Shown here piece by piece: positions 29,523 through 39,642 of a stretch of 64,000 nt of DNA; the first letter of the stretch is position 1; each line of letters starts with the position of its first letter. The stretch comes from an uncultured Candidatus Binatia bacterium. Lineage in GTDB: Bacteria > Desulfobacterota > Binatia > UBA9968 > JAJDTQ01. A program made the position numbers and the translations under genes. Under the pieces are notes generated by a model, which was not told where the DNA came from, ran no database searches, and saw nothing but the letters and a program-made list of their open reading frames with translations. The stretch lies in contig OZ251459.1 of the NCBI GenBank assembly GCA_965242525.1, positions 704,001-768,000 of the forward strand. Reading direction: 5' to 3'.

Positions 29523-29884
29523 GGCCGGTACTCGCACCTGCTGGTGCAGGTCTCCTCGACGACGACCGCGGTCAACAACGGCAGCCCGGGCTTGAGCCGG
29601 TCGTAGATCCAGCGGGCCACCTCCTCGCTGGTGGGGTTGTCGAGGCCGGTGGAGTCGTTGAGGTGCCAGTGGTCCAGCGACTCTTCCACCAGCGGCGCCA
29701 CTGCCGCGGCGATGGCGTCGAAGTCCGTGACCATGCCCCGGTCGGACCCCGCGGCGGAAAGCTCGCTCGCGGAACAGACCACGCGCCCGACCCAGGAGTG
29801 GCCGTGCAGCCGCGCGCACTTGCCCTGGTGGTAGGGCAGGCGGTGGCTCGCCTCGAAGCGGAACTCCTTGGAAACGGTCCACAT
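29519..29884 (-). CDS. queD: 6-carboxytetrahydropterin synthase
   Basis: FEASHRL...CARLHGHSW, LDHWHLN, PTSEE. Confidence 0.93.
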   Translation of the reverse strand: MWTVSKEFRFEASHRLPYHQGKCARLHGHSWVGRVVCSASELSAAGSDRGMVTDFDAIAAAVAPLVEESLDHWHLNDSTGLDNPTSEEVARWIYDRLKPGLPLLTAVVVEETCTSRCEYRP

Positions 29885-30077
29885 GGCGCGTCGCAGGGGC
29901 GCTCTCGTCCGACGCGGTTCCGGGCGCTCGGACGCCCCGGGCCGCGGCAACCGGAGTTTACGACGCCCTCGACGGAACATCAACGGACGCTCTCCTTCCG
30001 GGATCGGTCGGGGTTTCCGGGAGCGCTTTCAAGTAACGAACCGGACTGTTAGATTTCCCATCGAAGGCGAGAGGCAG

Positions 30078-30440
30078 GTGGCGGGAGTTACGTTTTCCAT
30101 CTGGGCGGGGGTTTCGGGGGTGCTGGCGGGCGCGCTCGCGTTGACGTACTTCCGGGGCCGTCTCGGAAGCCCGGAACGGTACTGGCTCGTGGGGCTGGCG
30201 GCCGTGGCTCCCGCCTGGGTCATCGCCCTCACCGTCCTGCTGGGGGGGTTGTCCGGAGAGGATCCGGACAAGACCCTGAAAGCCTTTCTGGCGGCCTCGT
30301 CCGCCTGTGCGCTGCTGGGCGTCATCGCCACCGAGTTCTGCGCGAGACGGCTCGAACTCCGGTCCCCGGTGCTGCACTGGCTCCTGGGCGCCGCGGCGCT
30401 GATGCCTTCCTGGTGGCTCATCCTGTGGAGGGTGTGGTGA
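30078..30440 (+). CDS. small membrane protein
   Basis: Four hydrophobic segments; overlaps the next gene. Confidence 0.6.
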   Translation: MAGVTFSIWAGVSGVLAGALALTYFRGRLGSPERYWLVGLAAVAPAWVIALTVLLGGLSGEDPDKTLKAFLAASSACALLGVIATEFCARRLELRSPVLHWLLGAAALMPSWWLILWRVW

Positions 30441-31519
30441 GTTTGGGAACGACGACGCCCCGACGGTCGCCTTGCCCCAGGCCGGCCCGCGCCGCGGCCC
30501 CGGTCCGGTGGTCCGTCCCGGCGCGGTGGAAGGGAGCCGGCCAAGTTGCCGTCCTCGCCTTGGCCGCGGTCCCGTGGCCGCAGGCGGTCCATGCGCACGG
30601 CGGCGCGGTCCACGAGCCGTTGCCCCTCGACGCGCTGTTCTCGATGGCGGGGATGATCCGGTGGGACTGGCGCGTGGACATCCTCCTGTTCCTGGTCCTG
30701 GCCACCGGCCTGTATCTCGCGGGATGGCTGCGCCTGCGGCGACAGGCCCGGGGCGCCGCCACCGTGTCCGGCCTCGCGCTCTACCTGGGCGGCATGGCCG
30801 CGCTGGTGGTGGCGCTGGTCTCCCCGGTGGACCGTCTGGCGGCCGAGCGCCTCAGCATGCACATGGTCCAGCACGTGCTGCTGTTGATGGCGGCGCCCCT
30901 GGGGATCCTCCTGGCCAACCCCTTTGCCGCGGTGGTCTGGGGTCTTCCTGCGAGTGTCCGGGACCGGTTCGCGGCGCTGTTCCGGGAAGGCCGCCCGGTG
31001 CGTTCGGCGCTCTCCGCGATGACCTCCATGCCGGTGGCCTGGACCCTCTATGTGGCCAACCTGTGGGCATGGCACCACCCGGCCCTGTACCAGGCGGCGC
31101 TGCGCCACTGGTGGCTGCACGACCTGGAGCACTGGTTGTTCTTCGCCTCCGCGGCGCTCTTCTGGTGGCCCATCGCCAACGCGGCGCCCCTGTCCCGGCC
31201 CGGCCGCCCGTTGGGGCCGCGGGTGGTCTATCTGCTGGCCGCCGCCCTCCAGAACACGCTCCTGGGCATGGCCATCGCCCTGCCCGAGCGGGTCCTCTAC
31301 CCGTTCTATGCCGCCGTTCCCGTCCTGGAGGCCCTCACTCCCATCCAGGACCAGGCCCTCGGGGGCGGCATCATGTGGGTGAGCGGCCACATGTACCTCG
31401 TACCGCTGCTGGTGCTCGTGGCCCGCCGGCTCGTTGCCGAGGACGACGCAGCCAACGCCGGGGACCGGGAGGCGAGCGAAGCTCTCGCCGGCCGCCCGCC
31501 CCGCCTCGCAGGGCCATGA
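30437..31519 (+). CDS. cytochrome c oxidase assembly protein (Caa3 CtaG-like)
   Basis: HMVQHVLL, WAWHHPALY, HDLEH, DQALGGGIMW. Confidence 0.85.
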   Translation: MSLGTTTPRRSPCPRPARAAAPVRWSVPARWKGAGQVAVLALAAVPWPQAVHAHGGAVHEPLPLDALFSMAGMIRWDWRVDILLFLVLATGLYLAGWLRLRRQARGAATVSGLALYLGGMAALVVALVSPVDRLAAERLSMHMVQHVLLLMAAPLGILLANPFAAVVWGLPASVRDRFAALFREGRPVRSALSAMTSMPVAWTLYVANLWAWHHPALYQAALRHWWLHDLEHWLFFASAALFWWPIANAAPLSRPGRPLGPRVVYLLAAALQNTLLGMAIALPERVLYPFYAAVPVLEALTPIQDQALGGGIMWVSGHMYLVPLLVLVARRLVAEDDAANAGDREASEALAGRPPRLAGP

Positions 31520-32202
31520 AACGGGTTCTGGCGCTCCTGTCCCTCCTGGTCCTGTGGCCTATGGCGAGCCCCGCCGCGGACCCGGACCGGCTCCGGAGCC
31601 TCGGCTTCATCGTCCAGGAAGGGTTCGTGGCCGCTCCCGACTTCACCACGGAGGACGCCGCGGGAAACCGGGTCTCCTCCCGGTCCTTCCGGGGCAGGGT
31701 GGTGCTGTTGAACTTCTGGGCCACGTGGTGTCCGCCCTGTCGTCTGGAGATGCCCTCCATGGAGCGGTTGTACGGCGAGTTCCGCGGTCGGGGGCTGGAG
31801 ATCGTCGCGGTCAACTTCATGGAGCCGCGGGAGTTGGTGCAGGCATTCGCCAGGGAGCAGAACCTGACCTATCCCATGCTGCTGGACCGGCGCAGCGACA
31901 TCGCCGAGCGGTACGGCGTGCTGCGCCTGCCGGAAACGGTGGTCATCGGGCGCCGCGGCGAGGTCATCGCCAAGACCACCGGGTACAAGGACTGGTACGA
32001 GGAGGACGTGCGCGAGCTCGTGTCCGCGCTGCTCGAAGACCAAGGGCCGGTGCGCCCCGCGGCCCCGGACACGGCGGCCCCGCCGGAGCAGCCCCCGCAA
32101 CGACCCTGGCCTTACTGGGCCGCGGCGGCCGTCCTCCTCCTGGCCGCGGCGCTGGCGGCGGTCCGGCTGAGACGCCGCGGAGTCCGCGGGATCCCGGGCT
32201 GA
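31516..32202 (+). CDS. TlpA/ResA-like thiol-disulfide oxidoreductase
   Basis: LLNFWATWCPPCRLEMP. Confidence 0.9.
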   Translation: MKRVLALLSLLVLWPMASPAADPDRLRSLGFIVQEGFVAAPDFTTEDAAGNRVSSRSFRGRVVLLNFWATWCPPCRLEMPSMERLYGEFRGRGLEIVAVNFMEPRELVQAFAREQNLTYPMLLDRRSDIAERYGVLRLPETVVIGRRGEVIAKTTGYKDWYEEDVRELVSALLEDQGPVRPAAPDTAAPPEQPPQRPWPYWAAAAVLLLAAALAAVRLRRRGVRGIPG

Positions 32203-32234
32203 CGCCCCCGGCCTGACCGCCGCCGAGACGGAAA

Positions 32235-33041
32235 GTGTTGTCGTTCCCCCACATGGACCCCGTCGCCTTCAGCATCGGGCCGCTGGCGGTGCGATGGTAC
32301 GGACTGATGTACCTGTTCGGGTTCGTGGGCGGGTACTTCGTGGCCCGCTGGGTGGCGCGCAAGCGGGGCCTGCCCATCGGGGGCGATGTCCTGCTGGAGC
32401 TGGTCAGCTACCTGGCGCTGGGCGTGGTCCTGGGCGGCCGGCTGGGGTACGCGCTGTTCTACAACCTGTCGTTCTACCTGGCCTACCCGCTGGAGATCCT
32501 CGCCTTCTGGCAGGGGGGCATGTCGTTCCACGGTGGCTTGCTGGGGGCGGCGGCCGCGGGCTGGTGGTACGTGCGCAAGCGGGGGTTGTCGTTCTACGGG
32601 GTCGCCGACTGCATCTCTGCCGCGGCGCCCATCGGCCTGGGCCTGGGCCGGTTGGGCAACTTCATCAACGGCGAACTGTACGGACGCCCCACGGACCTGC
32701 CCTGGGGCATGGTCTTCCCGCAAGGCGGCCCGGCGCCGCGCCACCCCTCCCAGCTCTACGAGGCCGGGCTGGAAGGCGGGCTGCTGCTGGTGGTGCTGCT
32801 GTGGGTCGCGCTGCGGGTGCGCCGGGACGGTTTCGTTACCTGGGCGTTGGTGGGCGGCTACGGCGTGGTCCGGTTCCTGGTGGAGTTCGTCCGTGAGCCG
32901 GACGCCCACCTGGGGTTGGCGTGGGGGTTGTCCAGGGGGCAGTACCTCAGCATGGTGATGGTGGCCGCCGCGGCCGTGTTCTTCTGGCGCCACTGGCGGC
33001 AGGCCCCGGGCGCGGCCCGCCCGAGGCGCGGGTCCGCATGA
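32235..33041 (+). CDS. lgt: prolipoprotein diacylglyceryl transferase
   Basis: RWYGLMY, GGMSFHGG, GRLGNFINGEL, HPSQLYEA. Confidence 0.96.
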   Translation: MLSFPHMDPVAFSIGPLAVRWYGLMYLFGFVGGYFVARWVARKRGLPIGGDVLLELVSYLALGVVLGGRLGYALFYNLSFYLAYPLEILAFWQGGMSFHGGLLGAAAAGWWYVRKRGLSFYGVADCISAAAPIGLGLGRLGNFINGELYGRPTDLPWGMVFPQGGPAPRHPSQLYEAGLEGGLLLVVLLWVALRVRRDGFVTWALVGGYGVVRFLVEFVREPDAHLGLAWGLSRGQYLSMVMVAAAAVFFWRHWRQAPGAARPRRGSA

Positions 33042-33045
33042 GGGA

Positions 33046-33291
33046 TCACTCGTCTATCTCGCCGAAGTAGTCCCTCAGTATCCGCTCCTTTACGTATTCG
33101 AGGGCGCCGAGGTCGTGGAGGATGTCGCCGCCGGTGTCGTAGAAGAAGATGTCACCGTTCTTGTTCCGTCCCACCGCCATCAGCCATTCGAGCTCGTCCC
33201 GGTCTTCGAGCAGGTAGTTGATGGTCTGGCTGGCGCCGTTGCTGTCGATGATGGTGACCTTCGGTGTCAACCTTTTCTTCGGCTGGTTCAT
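33046..33291 (-). CDS. hypothetical protein
   Basis: ORF with GAGGAAG RBS and protein-like composition. Confidence 0.6.
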   Translation of the reverse strand: MNQPKKRLTPKVTIIDSNGASQTINYLLEDRDELEWLMAVGRNKNGDIFFYDTGGDILHDLGALEYVKERILRDYFGEIDE

Positions 33292-33509
33292 TTCTTCCTC
33301 CCGCTCGCCATCCGACACCATACACCAGTCGGAGCCGTTAGCTCAACCCTTGGGAGGCTGCGGAGGGGATTTTCCGGCCGGGGATCATTTCAAGTGGATA
33401 GGTAGAAAGAACGGATAACCTGTTGACATATTTTGATATTCAGGATAGTTCACCTGCTTTGTGAAGGTAGGAGCAGGGTTCCCTTTCCCGTTTCGCCTTC
33501 TCCAATGGC

Positions 33510-33893
33510 ATGGATCACGACCCGCGCTTCCTCAAGGGCATCGACGAGTTCAACCGGGGCCTCTTCTACGAGTGCCACGAGACCCTGGAGGAGATCTGGC
33601 TCGAGGACCGCGGTCCCGAACGCGAGTTCTACCAGGGCCTCATCCAGGTGGCCGCGGGCTACTTCAAGTGGCAACAGGAGGTCCCGCGGGGCGCGGTCAA
33701 GCTGTTGCGCGCGGGCGTACGGAGGCTCGATCCCTATCGGCCCGTCTGCCTGGGCGTCCGCGTGGCCGAGTTCCTGGCCGCGGTGGAAGTCGATCTGGCG
33801 GTGGTGGAAGCTGCCCGGGACCGGGGCGGCCCAGTGCCGGAACCGCGCGCGCCGCGGCTCTCGCTGGAGGGCGCCGGCGCCGCCGGCGAATAG
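33510..33893 (+). CDS. DUF309 family protein
   Basis: FNRGLFYECHETLEEIW...YQGLIQVA. Confidence 0.85.
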   Translation: MDHDPRFLKGIDEFNRGLFYECHETLEEIWLEDRGPEREFYQGLIQVAAGYFKWQQEVPRGAVKLLRAGVRRLDPYRPVCLGVRVAEFLAAVEVDLAVVEAARDRGGPVPEPRAPRLSLEGAGAAGE

Positions 33894-33931
33894 ACCCCGA
33901 TACCGGCAGACCCCGATACCGGCGCCGCGAC

Positions 33932-34795
33932 ATGTCCCTGCCTCCCCAGATCATCGCCCTGGGCGCATCCCTCTGCTACTCCTTCGTGCTGGTGACGTCG
34001 CGCCGGGGCATGCAGTACTCGACGCCCAAGACGGTGACGCTGGTGTCCCTGGGCGTCCACACGGTGAGCCTCTGGACCGCGGTCTTCTTGACCGGCGGGA
34101 TCCCCCGGGTCGATGCCGCGGCCGTCCATGTCTTCGTCGTCGCCGGCATGCTCCAGCCCATCATCCGCCTGTTCACCTACACCGGGGTGCAGAGGGTCGG
34201 GGCCGCGCGCAGCGGTCCCATACGCTCCACCCATCCCATGTTCGGCGTGTTCGTGGCCATGACGGTGCTGGACGAGGTCGCCACCGTAGCGGCCCTTGCG
34301 GGAGTCCTCTCGGTGGTGTGCGGCATCGTCCTCATCACCTGGAAACCGGCCTCCGAGGTGCGGTCGTTCCACTGGTGGGAGTTCCTGTTCCCCCTCACCG
34401 CGGCGCTCCTGGCGGGCATCGTCCACCCCATGCGCCGCTACGCCCTCTCCATCTCCCACGAGCCGCTGTTCTTCGCCGCGCTGGTGGGCGTCGTCTCCCT
34501 CGTCTGCTTCCTCTGCTACACGCCGTTCGGCCGGGAGCCGCTGGTCTGGCATCGGCGCGCCATGCTGCCGTTCGTGGCGGCCGGAGTATTCGAGACCTGC
34601 GGCATCCTGCTGGTGATCGTCGCCCTGGGCATCGGGAGCGTGGTCACGGTGTCGCCGCTGGTGGGCGTCAGCCCGTTGTGGGTGCTGTTGGGCACGGTGG
34701 TCTTCCTGCGGGACCTGGAGCAGGTCCAGATCCGGACCGTCGCCGGAGCGGTCTGCGTCGTGGCCGGCACCGCGGCCATCTCGTTCGGCGGATGA
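33932..34795 (+). CDS. EamA/DMT family transporter
   Basis: About 10 TM segments, duplicated EamA pattern. Confidence 0.85.
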   Translation: MSLPPQIIALGASLCYSFVLVTSRRGMQYSTPKTVTLVSLGVHTVSLWTAVFLTGGIPRVDAAAVHVFVVAGMLQPIIRLFTYTGVQRVGAARSGPIRSTHPMFGVFVAMTVLDEVATVAALAGVLSVVCGIVLITWKPASEVRSFHWWEFLFPLTAALLAGIVHPMRRYALSISHEPLFFAALVGVVSLVCFLCYTPFGREPLVWHRRAMLPFVAAGVFETCGILLVIVALGIGSVVTVSPLVGVSPLWVLLGTVVFLRDLEQVQIRTVAGAVCVVAGTAAISFGG

Positions 34796-34939
34796 GGCGG
34801 CGGGCAGGGCCGTTGGGTGTGGACCGCCCGGGCCGCGGGACGTTGCCGGCACGGATGCGGCAAGATGCCCGCGCTCCCGCGGTGCGCTCCCGGGAGTGCG
34901 TGGGGCCGCGGGACCTTGCCGGCGAAGGCTCCCTGACGG

Positions 34940-36250
34940 CTACGAAGTCGGCCAGGGAGCGCGAGAGGACGCCGTCCGGGCCAGCCGGGTCCTGCCGAGC
35001 AGCAGGTAGAGGTAGGCCGCGACCAAGTACAGGAATGCGACGCCCAGGAGTGCGGGCCGGTAGCTTTGGGTCCGGTCGTAGATGACCCCCGCGAGGAAGG
35101 GGCCGATCAGGCCGCCCCATTGGTAGAAGAAGCCCATGGCCCCGCGCACCGTGGCGAAGCGCCGGCGTCCGTAGAGGTCCCCGACCATGGCCCAGGTGAC
35201 GGGAAACACCGCTTCCACCACCGAGAACAGGGGAAGGAAGAGCCACAGCAACAGCGGGTTGCGCGCGTACGCGAGCAGCAGGAGGCCGGCGGTGGCCACC
35301 AGCATGCAGACCGCCATGAGCCGGGGCTTGTCGAGCCGGTCGGCCATCCAGCCCACGGTCAGGTGCGTGGGGAGCGACAGGGCCGCGAACGCCCCGAGGT
35401 AGTAGCTGGCGGACAGCTCGTCGATGCCTTTCCAGTCGAAGATCGGCACGAATTGCGCGATGACGGTGCTGAGGCCCAACACCCGGAACAGGGTGGAGAG
35501 CACCAGGAGCCAGAAGGGAGCGCCGCGGAGGGCTTCCCGGACGCCGACGTCGGCTTCGGGGGCCGCCGCGGCCCCGCCGGTGGGAGCCTGGCCGGGCCGG
35601 TGGAGGCGCGAGGGGCCGGCTCCGTCGGGGGCCAGGCCCATGTCCTCGGGGGAGCGCCGGACAAGCGCGGCCAGCGGCGTCCCCAGCACGAGGAAGACGG
35701 CGCCCGCGAACACCACCCCCCAGCGCCAGCCGTAGTAGTGCACCACGTGTGCGAGGAGCGGCGCCAGCAACGCGCCGCCGATCCCGATGGAGCAGCTCAC
35801 CAGCGACATGGCCCTGGCGCGCCAACGGTAGAACCAGCTATTGGCCAGCGCCATGGGGCAGTGCATGAAACCGGCGCCGAAGGCCAGCGAGACCACCCCC
35901 AGGTAGATGAGCAACAGGGTAAGGTAGGACTCGACCCAGTAGAGCAGCACGTAGCCCATGCCGGTGAGCAGGACCGCGGCCATCATGATGGGGCGGGGTC
36001 CCAGGCGGTCGATCAGGTATCCCGCCAGCGGTCCTTCGAGGGCTCCCTCGGCCCGGGCCAGGCCGAACACCAGGCCGGCGGCCCCGCGGCTGAGGCCCAG
36101 GTCCTTGCTCAGCGGCAGGACGAAGACGGTGAAGCCGTAGAAGTGGAAGCCGCCGCCGAGGAACCGGAAGAGGCAACCCACCAGCACCATCCGCCAACCG
36201 TAGAACGAGAGGTGGTTCCGGCAGTCCCGGACGAGCTTGCTCAAGCGCAT
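34940..36250 (-). CDS. MFS transporter
   Basis: GYLIDRLGPR and GWMADRLDK motif A; about 12 TM segments. Confidence 0.9.
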   Translation of the reverse strand: MRLSKLVRDCRNHLSFYGWRMVLVGCLFRFLGGGFHFYGFTVFVLPLSKDLGLSRGAAGLVFGLARAEGALEGPLAGYLIDRLGPRPIMMAAVLLTGMGYVLLYWVESYLTLLLIYLGVVSLAFGAGFMHCPMALANSWFYRWRARAMSLVSCSIGIGGALLAPLLAHVVHYYGWRWGVVFAGAVFLVLGTPLAALVRRSPEDMGLAPDGAGPSRLHRPGQAPTGGAAAAPEADVGVREALRGAPFWLLVLSTLFRVLGLSTVIAQFVPIFDWKGIDELSASYYLGAFAALSLPTHLTVGWMADRLDKPRLMAVCMLVATAGLLLLAYARNPLLLWLFLPLFSVVEAVFPVTWAMVGDLYGRRRFATVRGAMGFFYQWGGLIGPFLAGVIYDRTQSYRPALLGVAFLYLVAAYLYLLLGRTRLARTASSRAPWPTS

Positions 36251-36380
36251 GGGACGCCTTGCACGGTTCTCCTCGTCCCTCGAAGCGAGAGGGTCGGGGC
36301 GAGGGGGAAGGCGGGGCGGAGGGAACGGGCGGTCTGTGACGGACGAACCGTTGGCGCTGCCGCCGTGGCGCGGCCCCGGG

Positions 36381-36836
36381 TCAGGGCTTGCCTCCCGTCA
36401 GGTTGCCGCTGATCATCATGCCGATGAGGTCGGTGATGTCCGGTGGCGACTCGGTCTCGCGTATCCTGCCGCCGGACGGAATGGTCCGGTCGGACGCCCC
36501 CGGGGAGAGGGCCACGTACTTGTCGCCGATGAGCCCCCTGGACCGGACCGAGGCGATGACGTCTTCCTGGAGGGTCACGCCCGGGTCGATGCGGAGGGTC
36601 AGGCGGGCGCGGTCGTCCACCAGCCTCATGGAGTCCACGCGGCCCACGTTGACGCCGGCGATCTCCACCGAGTCCCCCCGGCGGAGGCCGGCCACGCTGG
36701 AGAAGTCGGCATGGACCACGTATCCCGAATGGCCGAAGGCCTCGAGCTTGCCTAGGCGGACGGCCAGGTAGCCCAGGCAGAGGATGCCCGCGATCACGAA
36801 CAGGCCCACGACGATTTCCGTGACTCTGTGGTTCAT
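36381..36836 (-). CDS. mlaD: outer membrane lipid asymmetry protein MlaD (MCE domain)
   Basis: GLRRGDSVEIAGVNVGRV, GLIGDKYVAL. Confidence 0.9.
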   Translation of the reverse strand: MNHRVTEIVVGLFVIAGILCLGYLAVRLGKLEAFGHSGYVVHADFSSVAGLRRGDSVEIAGVNVGRVDSMRLVDDRARLTLRIDPGVTLQEDVIASVRSRGLIGDKYVALSPGASDRTIPSGGRIRETESPPDITDLIGMMISGNLTGGKP

Positions 36837-37579
36837 ACCGCGCCCGCGGCTTCCGGGGCGTCGCTGTCGAGAAAACGCCGCACCGCCGGGTTCGGCGACG
36901 CCAGGAACTCGGCGGTGGGACCGCTGTCGGCGATCACCCCGTCGGCCAGCATAGCCACGCGGTGGGATATTGTAAAGACTTCGGGGATGTCGTGGCTCAC
37001 GATGACGCCGGTGAAGCCGAGACGCGCCTGCATGGCGGCGATGAGGTCATGGATGCTCCGGCCCAGCAGCGGGTCGAGGCCGGTGGTGGGCTCGTCGAAC
37101 AGCACGATCTGCGGGTCCGTGACCAGGGCGCGCGCGAACCCGGCCCGCTTCTTCATGCCCCCGCTCACCTCCGCGGGGTACTTGTAACCCATGTCCTTGA
37201 GGCCCACCTGCTCGAGCCGCTCCCGCACCTTGCCGGCCACCGCGTCCTCTCCCAGGCGCGTCCTCTCCCGCAGCGGGAAAGCGACGTTGTCGAAGATCGT
37301 CATGGAGTCCAGCAGGGCCGCGCCCTGGAACAGGAAGCCGAACTTCCGCCGGGCCTCGTTCAGTGACCGCTGGCCCAGCCGGGTGATGTCCGCGCCATCC
37401 ACCAGCACGCGGCCCCGGTCGGGGAGCAGCAGGGCGATCATGGTCTTCAACAGCACGGTCTTGCCCGAGCCGCTGCCGCCGATGATGGTGGTGATGCGCC
37501 CGTTCTCGATGGTCAGGTCAGCGCCCCTGAGGACCTCCTGGCGGCCGAAGCTCTTGTGGACGTCGATGACCTGGATCAT
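36833..37579 (-). CDS. mlaF: ABC transporter ATP-binding protein MlaF
   Basis: GGSGSGKT, SGGMKKR, FDEPTTGLDP. Confidence 0.9.
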   Translation of the reverse strand: MIQVIDVHKSFGRQEVLRGADLTIENGRITTIIGGSGSGKTVLLKTMIALLLPDRGRVLVDGADITRLGQRSLNEARRKFGFLFQGAALLDSMTIFDNVAFPLRERTRLGEDAVAGKVRERLEQVGLKDMGYKYPAEVSGGMKKRAGFARALVTDPQIVLFDEPTTGLDPLLGRSIHDLIAAMQARLGFTGVIVSHDIPEVFTISHRVAMLADGVIADSGPTAEFLASPNPAVRRFLDSDAPEAAGAV

Positions 37580-37603
37580 GGGGCTCCGCGTCTGCGTCCG
37601 GCG

Positions 37604-38374
37604 CTACAGCAGCACCGAGGTCAGGAAATAGTCCGAGGCGAGGATCAGGACGAACGAGAGCACCACCGCTTCGGTGGTGGCCCGGCCCACGCCGGTGGCC
37701 ATGGGGAGCGCGTGGAACCCTTTGTAGCAGCACACCCAGGTAATGACGAGTCCGAAGGTCGCCGACTTGACGAGGCCTTCGCCCACGTCCCGAAGCTGCA
37801 CGCTCTGCTCCATGCCGGCCACGTAGCTGCCCGAACCCAGGTCCAGCAGGATCACGCCGGTGAGGTAGGCGCCGCAGATGCCGATGACGTTGAACATGCT
37901 GGTGAGCAGCGGCATGGCGATGACGCCTGCCACGATGCGGGGCGAGACCAGGTATTTGACCGGGTTGACGGCCATGGAGTGCATGGCGTCGATCTGCTCG
38001 GTGACCCGCATGGAGGCCAGCTCCGCGGCCATGGCGGAGCCGGTCCTGCCGGTGACCATGAAGGCCGAGAGCACCGGGCCGAGCTCCCGCAGCAGGCTCA
38101 GGGCCACCACCGCGCCGAGGAAGCTCTCGGCGTTGAACTTGCGCAGGCTGTAGTAGCCCTGGAGCCCCAGCACCATGCCGGTGAAGAGGCCGGAGAGGAG
38201 CACCACCACCAGCGAATCCACCCCGATGGCGCGGATCTGTCGTATGACGAGACCGAGCTTGGCGGGCGGACGCACGGCCCAGGTCAAGGCGGAGCCGAGG
38301 AAGATCACGCCCGCGCCCACGCCGCCCGCGAACCCGAGCGTCCGCGCGCCGATCCTTGCCAGGAAAGCGATCAT
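37604..38374 (-). CDS. mlaE: ABC transporter permease MlaE
   Basis: RELGPVL, AELASMRVTEQIDAM, GVGRATTEAVV. Confidence 0.9.
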   Translation of the reverse strand: MIAFLARIGARTLGFAGGVGAGVIFLGSALTWAVRPPAKLGLVIRQIRAIGVDSLVVVLLSGLFTGMVLGLQGYYSLRKFNAESFLGAVVALSLLRELGPVLSAFMVTGRTGSAMAAELASMRVTEQIDAMHSMAVNPVKYLVSPRIVAGVIAMPLLTSMFNVIGICGAYLTGVILLDLGSGSYVAGMEQSVQLRDVGEGLVKSATFGLVITWVCCYKGFHALPMATGVGRATTEAVVLSFVLILASDYFLTSVLL

Positions 38375-38795
38375 GGGAAACCCCGAACGATCAGGCGCTT
38401 CCGGAATTCGTGTGGGTTGCGACACACCCCATCCCGTCATCCCCGCGAAAGCGGGAATCCAGACCCTGCGAGCAAACCCTACGGGCACCCTATATGAGAG
38501 GTTTGTACAACGAGAGCGAGGAAACCGGATCTCCGTTCGTCCTGAGCGTAGCGAAGCGAAGTCGAAGGACGCCCGGATTCCCCGCTTGTCCCGATTGTTC
38601 AGGGTTTCCTATAGTAAAGTCGGGGTTCGGACAAGTAGATCGGGGTTCGGACGAGGTTCGTCAGGGTTCCCGGGTTCCTGGCGCGGAAGGCTGCGCCATC
38701 GGTTAGCCCCGGTTCGCCCTGACGACACCGGGACGCCGACGGCCAGATCGCGCAGGGGCCTCCCGGGACCGGGCTTCGAGACCAGGTGCAGTGTT

Positions 38796-39521
38796 GTGGG
38801 AGAGACCATCGACAGGGTGTTCGGCGGCCGCGTGACCGTGGTCCAGCGGCGCCGCGGCTATCGGTTCTCGCTGGACTCGCTCCTGCTGGCGCGTTTCGTG
38901 GAGGTCCGGGGAGGCGAGCGAATCGTCGATCTCGGGGCCGGAAACGGCGTGGTGGCGCTGTCCCTGGCCGCCTGGAACGACTCGGTGGAAGTGGTGGGCG
39001 TGGAGTTGCAGGAGGACATGGCCGCCCGCATGCTGCGGAGCGCGGCCCTGAACGGCTTGGAGGAGCGGGTCCGGGTGGTGGCTTGCGACGTGCGCCGGGT
39101 GGAGCGGCGCCTCGCGTCCGGGAGCTTCGACGCCGCGGTGTGCAATCCTCCCTACCGGCCGCGCCGGAGCGGCCGGGTCAGCCCCGACCCGGAGCGCTTG
39201 CTGGCCCGACACGAAGTGGAGGGAGGGCTCGCCGATTTCGTCCGCGCCGGGGCCTTCCTGCTCCGGCGCCGGGGCCGGATGTGCCTGGTATATCCGTCGG
39301 AAAGGGCGGTGGAGTTGTTCTCGGTCATGCGCGGGCACGGGCTGGAGCCCAGGCGCGCCCGCTTCGTCCATTCGTTCGCCGGGACCCATGCGACCCTGGT
39401 GCTGGCCGAGGGCGTCAAGGGAGCCCGTGCGGCCCTGACGGTGTTGCCGCCGTTGGTCATCTACCGGAGCGAGGACCGTTACACGGACGAGACGGCCGAG
39501 CTGCTGCAAGCCGAGCCGTAG
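38796..39521 (+). CDS. tRNA1(Val) A37 N6-methyltransferase-like SAM methyltransferase
   Basis: GYRFSLDSLLLA, DLGAGNG, CNPPY, ARHE. Confidence 0.85.
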   Translation: MGETIDRVFGGRVTVVQRRRGYRFSLDSLLLARFVEVRGGERIVDLGAGNGVVALSLAAWNDSVEVVGVELQEDMAARMLRSAALNGLEERVRVVACDVRRVERRLASGSFDAAVCNPPYRPRRSGRVSPDPERLLARHEVEGGLADFVRAGAFLLRRRGRMCLVYPSERAVELFSVMRGHGLEPRRARFVHSFAGTHATLVLAEGVKGARAALTVLPPLVIYRSEDRYTDETAELLQAEP

Positions 39522-39642
39522 CGGTGGCGCGCTCCGCCCGGCTCATCCGTTGCAGAAGCGTCCGAACGATACCGGCTCTCCCTTGGGAAAGCGCGCCCTT
39601 CGACTTCGCTTCGCTACGCTCGGGACGAACGGGGATGGTTGT

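Noticed and set aside
28926-29884. queDE as part of a Dpd 7-deazaguanine DNA modification defence system
   Set aside because: No dpdA/tgt-like genes nearby; housekeeping context.
29885-30060. Possible preQ1 or other riboswitch upstream of queD
   Set aside because: GC-rich hairpins are present but no recognisable consensus; needs an Rfam/Infernal search.
33482-33497. 16-nt match CCTTTCCCGTTTCGCC to the spacer at about 53998-54034 (self-targeting?)
   Set aside because: Covers under half the spacer, excludes the PAM-proximal end and is low complexity; plausible by chance.
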